36,541 nt of DNA, from assembly GCA_032718475.1 (NCBI GenBank), contig JAUCBJ010007467.1, forward strand, positions 1-36,541, given 5' to 3'. The DNA comes from Nemertoderma westbladi (lineage: Eukaryota > Animalia > Xenacoelomorpha). Both the position numbers and the translations under genes were made by a program. Positions 33,904 through 36,541 of the stretch are shown here, one piece after another. How positions within the stretch are numbered: position 1 is the stretch's first letter; each line of letters starts with the position of its first letter. Under the pieces are notes generated by a model, which saw nothing but the letters and a program-made list of their open reading frames with translations, was not told the origin of the DNA and did not search any database.

Positions 33904-34324
33904 GGGGTGTTACGCGGCAATCTGGGATCTACAGCTGGACTCGTTACACCGCCTATGCCCCAAACTGCGCACGTAACGGACAATGAAGACGCTAGGAGTG
34001 AAGTCACGTGGAATGCACCAGGGACCCACCAGAATAACACTCCCAACAACATAAAGCTCAGTCGACGAAGTCATGTGGGATGGGGTTACGCAACATTCTG
34101 GGATCTACAGCTGGACTCGTTACACCGCCTACACCCCAAAATCCACGTAACGGTCCCACCAGAATAACGCGACTGAGAACATAAAACCCTCTATCGTCGA
34201 AGTCATGTGGATGCACCATGGACCCACCAGAATAACGGGATAGAGGGGGTGTTGCGCGGCAATCCGGGATCTACAGCTGGACTCGTTACACCGCCTACGC
34301 CCCGAACTGCGCACGCAACGGACA
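33904..34324. repeat. Three copies of a ~70-bp hairpin unit with an invariant core
   Basis: gggatctacagctggactcgttacaccgccta at ~33924, ~34100, ~34267, interleaved with cccaccagaataac and gaagtcatgtgg repeats. Confidence 0.9.
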
Positions 34325-34609
34325 ACATAACATACTGCGATGAATACAATGAATTCCACTTCAAATCTTTACCATTTCAATAATCCAATGGCGTTGGTCC
34401 CGATGACCAAATTCAGGGTAAACGATACATAAACGACCCTGCGTCAGTCGAAACATCTGCAGGGTGACGCTGGACTCCACATAACACACGAGGAAACACA
34501 AATACCATTGCGTGGTTACAGTTGGTTTAAGGGGGTCCATTTTCATTGTCGATAAATCACAGTTATTAAGAGTTTGTCAACATGATAGGTATAGAAGGTG
34601 TAGAAGGGT

Positions 34610-36541
34610 TCAAACGCATTTGTAATTGTCACCAATGTCTGCAGCAGGATCTTGAGTAGGGATTTTATCACCTCTCGTAGAATCACCACTGTCATTGCCT
34701 TCGAGAAGGCACAGCCTCTGGATAGGGCGTTGGTAGTGGCCCTTTTTATAATTGTCACCAATGTCCGCAGCAGGATCTTGAGTAGGGAACTTGTCACCTC
34801 TCGTAGAGTCACCGCTGTCATTGCCTTCGAGAAGGCACAGCCTCTGGATAGGGCGTTGGTAGTGGCCCTTTTTATAATTGTCACCAATGTCCGCAGCAGG
34901 ATCTTGAGTAGGGAACTTGTCACCTCTCGTAGAGTCACCGCTGTCATTGCCTTCAAGAAGGCACAGCCTCTGGATAGGGCGTTGGTAGTGGCCCTTTGCC
35001 GTTCGTATCGTCACAGTCCTCGCAAGTCCGTCTTTGCTTGGGTGTATGGTCACGACCCGCGCCACAGGCCAATGAATGCGGTCTTTGAGATCTTCTTTTA
35101 CTAATACCATGTCGCCAACTGCGACGTTCCGGTAGGTGTTGTTCCATTTCCTCCTGGTCCTGAGGGTTATGAGGTACTCGCCGAGATTCTCCACCAATGC
35201 GCTGCCAACGCTTGGGACTTCTTCCAATTTGTATGTCTCGCGATCTCGTTGGGATCCGGGAACATAGTCTCTGGGAGAATGTGGGTTTTGGGTCTCCCCA
35301 GTAGGTGGTTAGGAGTGAGGGGCTCCAGGTCTGTGGGGTCGTCGCGGATAGGGACAATGGGTCGGTTGTTCAGGGTAGCTGTGATCTCGCAGAATGTTGT
35401 GCGGAGGGTGTCATGGGTTACCCGGGTATCTCCTAGAGCGACGCGCATGGATCGTTTCACTAGGTCAATCAGTTTCTCCCATACCCCGCTCGTATGGGGT
35501 GCTAGGGGGGTCTGGAAGTGCCACTGTATCTGGTGTTCCTTCCAGACTTGGGATGCGGTGTTATCGGTAAACCATCCCTCGATCGCCTCTCTAAGTTCTC
35601 TTTCTCCTCCCACAAAGTTTGTACCATTATCAGAATACATGTGGCGACATGTCCCGTTGTTCGCCACGAACCGACGCAGAGCGTTGATGAATGCGTGTTG
35701 TGTCAGATTTACCACGATATCTAGGTAGATTGCTCTAGACCTTAGGCAGGTGAAGATGGCTCCCCAGCATTTGATGTTGGATCGTCGTTCGATGACCGTA
35801 AACGGTCCGAAACAGTCCACTCCGGTGACGTAGAACGGTGGGGAATCTGCTTGTAGACGGGTGGCTGGTAAGTCGGCCATCTTTTGGGTGATGGGTGGCG
35901 CTAGGTAACGTCTGCAGGTAAAGCAACGTTTCAACACTTTCCGAATCAGTGGTTGGATGTGGGTGATCCAATATCTTTGTCTTATATTAGCTATAATCCA
36001 ATTCTGTCCTGCGTGGTGGTTGTCCTCGTGACATTGTAGAATTAATAGCTTAGCTAGTGTCGACGTTCCGGGCAGAAGCGCCGGGTATTTAACCTCATAT
36101 TCGACCGGGGCGTTTGCCATCCAGGTATTCAGTCGGATCAGTCCGTCCTCTCCCATCATTGGTCTCAGTTGGTAGACTGGGCTGTCCGGTTTCAATGTTT
36201 TGCCCGCACTAAGTTGTTCCCATTCATCGGGGAAACTTTCTCTCTGGACATATCTAACAATACACTTTTCCGCGATAATGAGTTCTTGTATATTCCGTTG
36301 AACTATCGGTTTGTTGTTTTTCCACCGTAGGAAGTTACGAAGGGTTATAACGTGGTGGACGAGCCGTCTCATTGATGAAGTTCGCTCGATCAACCGATGT
36401 AAAGACGCCGCTAGTTGAGTGATCGTCGCGACGTTATAGTGCCTGCTCGAGTCCTTTGCAGGCTCAGTCAGACAACTATAAATTTCCACCGCGTTGCTTC
36501 GATGGACTTTACGGATCTCTTTATCGTCCTCGGAGTATTTT
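34610..36541 (-). pseudogene. BEL/Pao Pol C-terminus: HHCC + DDE integrase + C-terminal domain, one frameshift near 35190
   Basis: HEDNHH..CFTC, QKMADLP, GVDCFGPF, SDNGTNF, GVWEKLI, LNNRP, PLTPNHLL; then EYL..L..RRKW, VGDMVLV, WPVARV, DGLAR, RPIQRL in another frame. Confidence 0.93.
34623..34997 (-). repeat. 126-bp in-frame triplication at the Pol C-terminus
   Basis: KGHYQRPIQRLCLLEGNDSGDSTRGDKFPTQDPAADIGDNYK x3; period 126 (34721, 34847, 34973). Confidence 0.95.

Larger units (their letters stand above)
29384..36541 (-). mobile_element. BEL/Pao LTR retrotransposon, 3' part, with an extra ORF
   Basis: BEL-type integrase and C-terminal domain, extra ORFs, PPT and 3' LTR in the expected order; runs off the window edge. 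Confidence 0.85.

Noticed and set aside
29473-34324. Hammerhead or twister ribozymes in the structured repeats
   Set aside because: No CUGANGA…GAAA core or twister loop consensus found by eye on either strand

Overview
AT-rich eukaryotic DNA, most likely from an invertebrate metazoan, made up mostly of transposable elements. The only host gene I recognise is one large coding exon of PFAS (FGAM synthetase, 20794-21807, +). Upstream of it is a nested stack: an old CR1/L2-group LINE (A) is split by a near full-length LINE (B, 8333-17062, -), which is itself interrupted by a non-autonomous hAT element. The main observation concerns LINE B. After excising the hAT element, ORF1, a ~780-codon tandem decapeptide array and the endonuclease-RT ORF2 lie in one reading frame. 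They are separated only by a single TGA in the canonical readthrough context TGA-CTA, and there is no in-frame ATG before the endonuclease. The PFAS intron holds two more LINEs, a Helentron-type (HINE) insertion and the 3' part of a BEL/Pao LTR retrotransposon. That element carries an extra ORF (DEDDy 3'-5' exonuclease-like domain plus CCHC knuckles, also split by one TGA), structured repeats and an LTR sharing exact 27-mers with the extra ORF. All family assignments come from reading motifs by eye; no searches were run.
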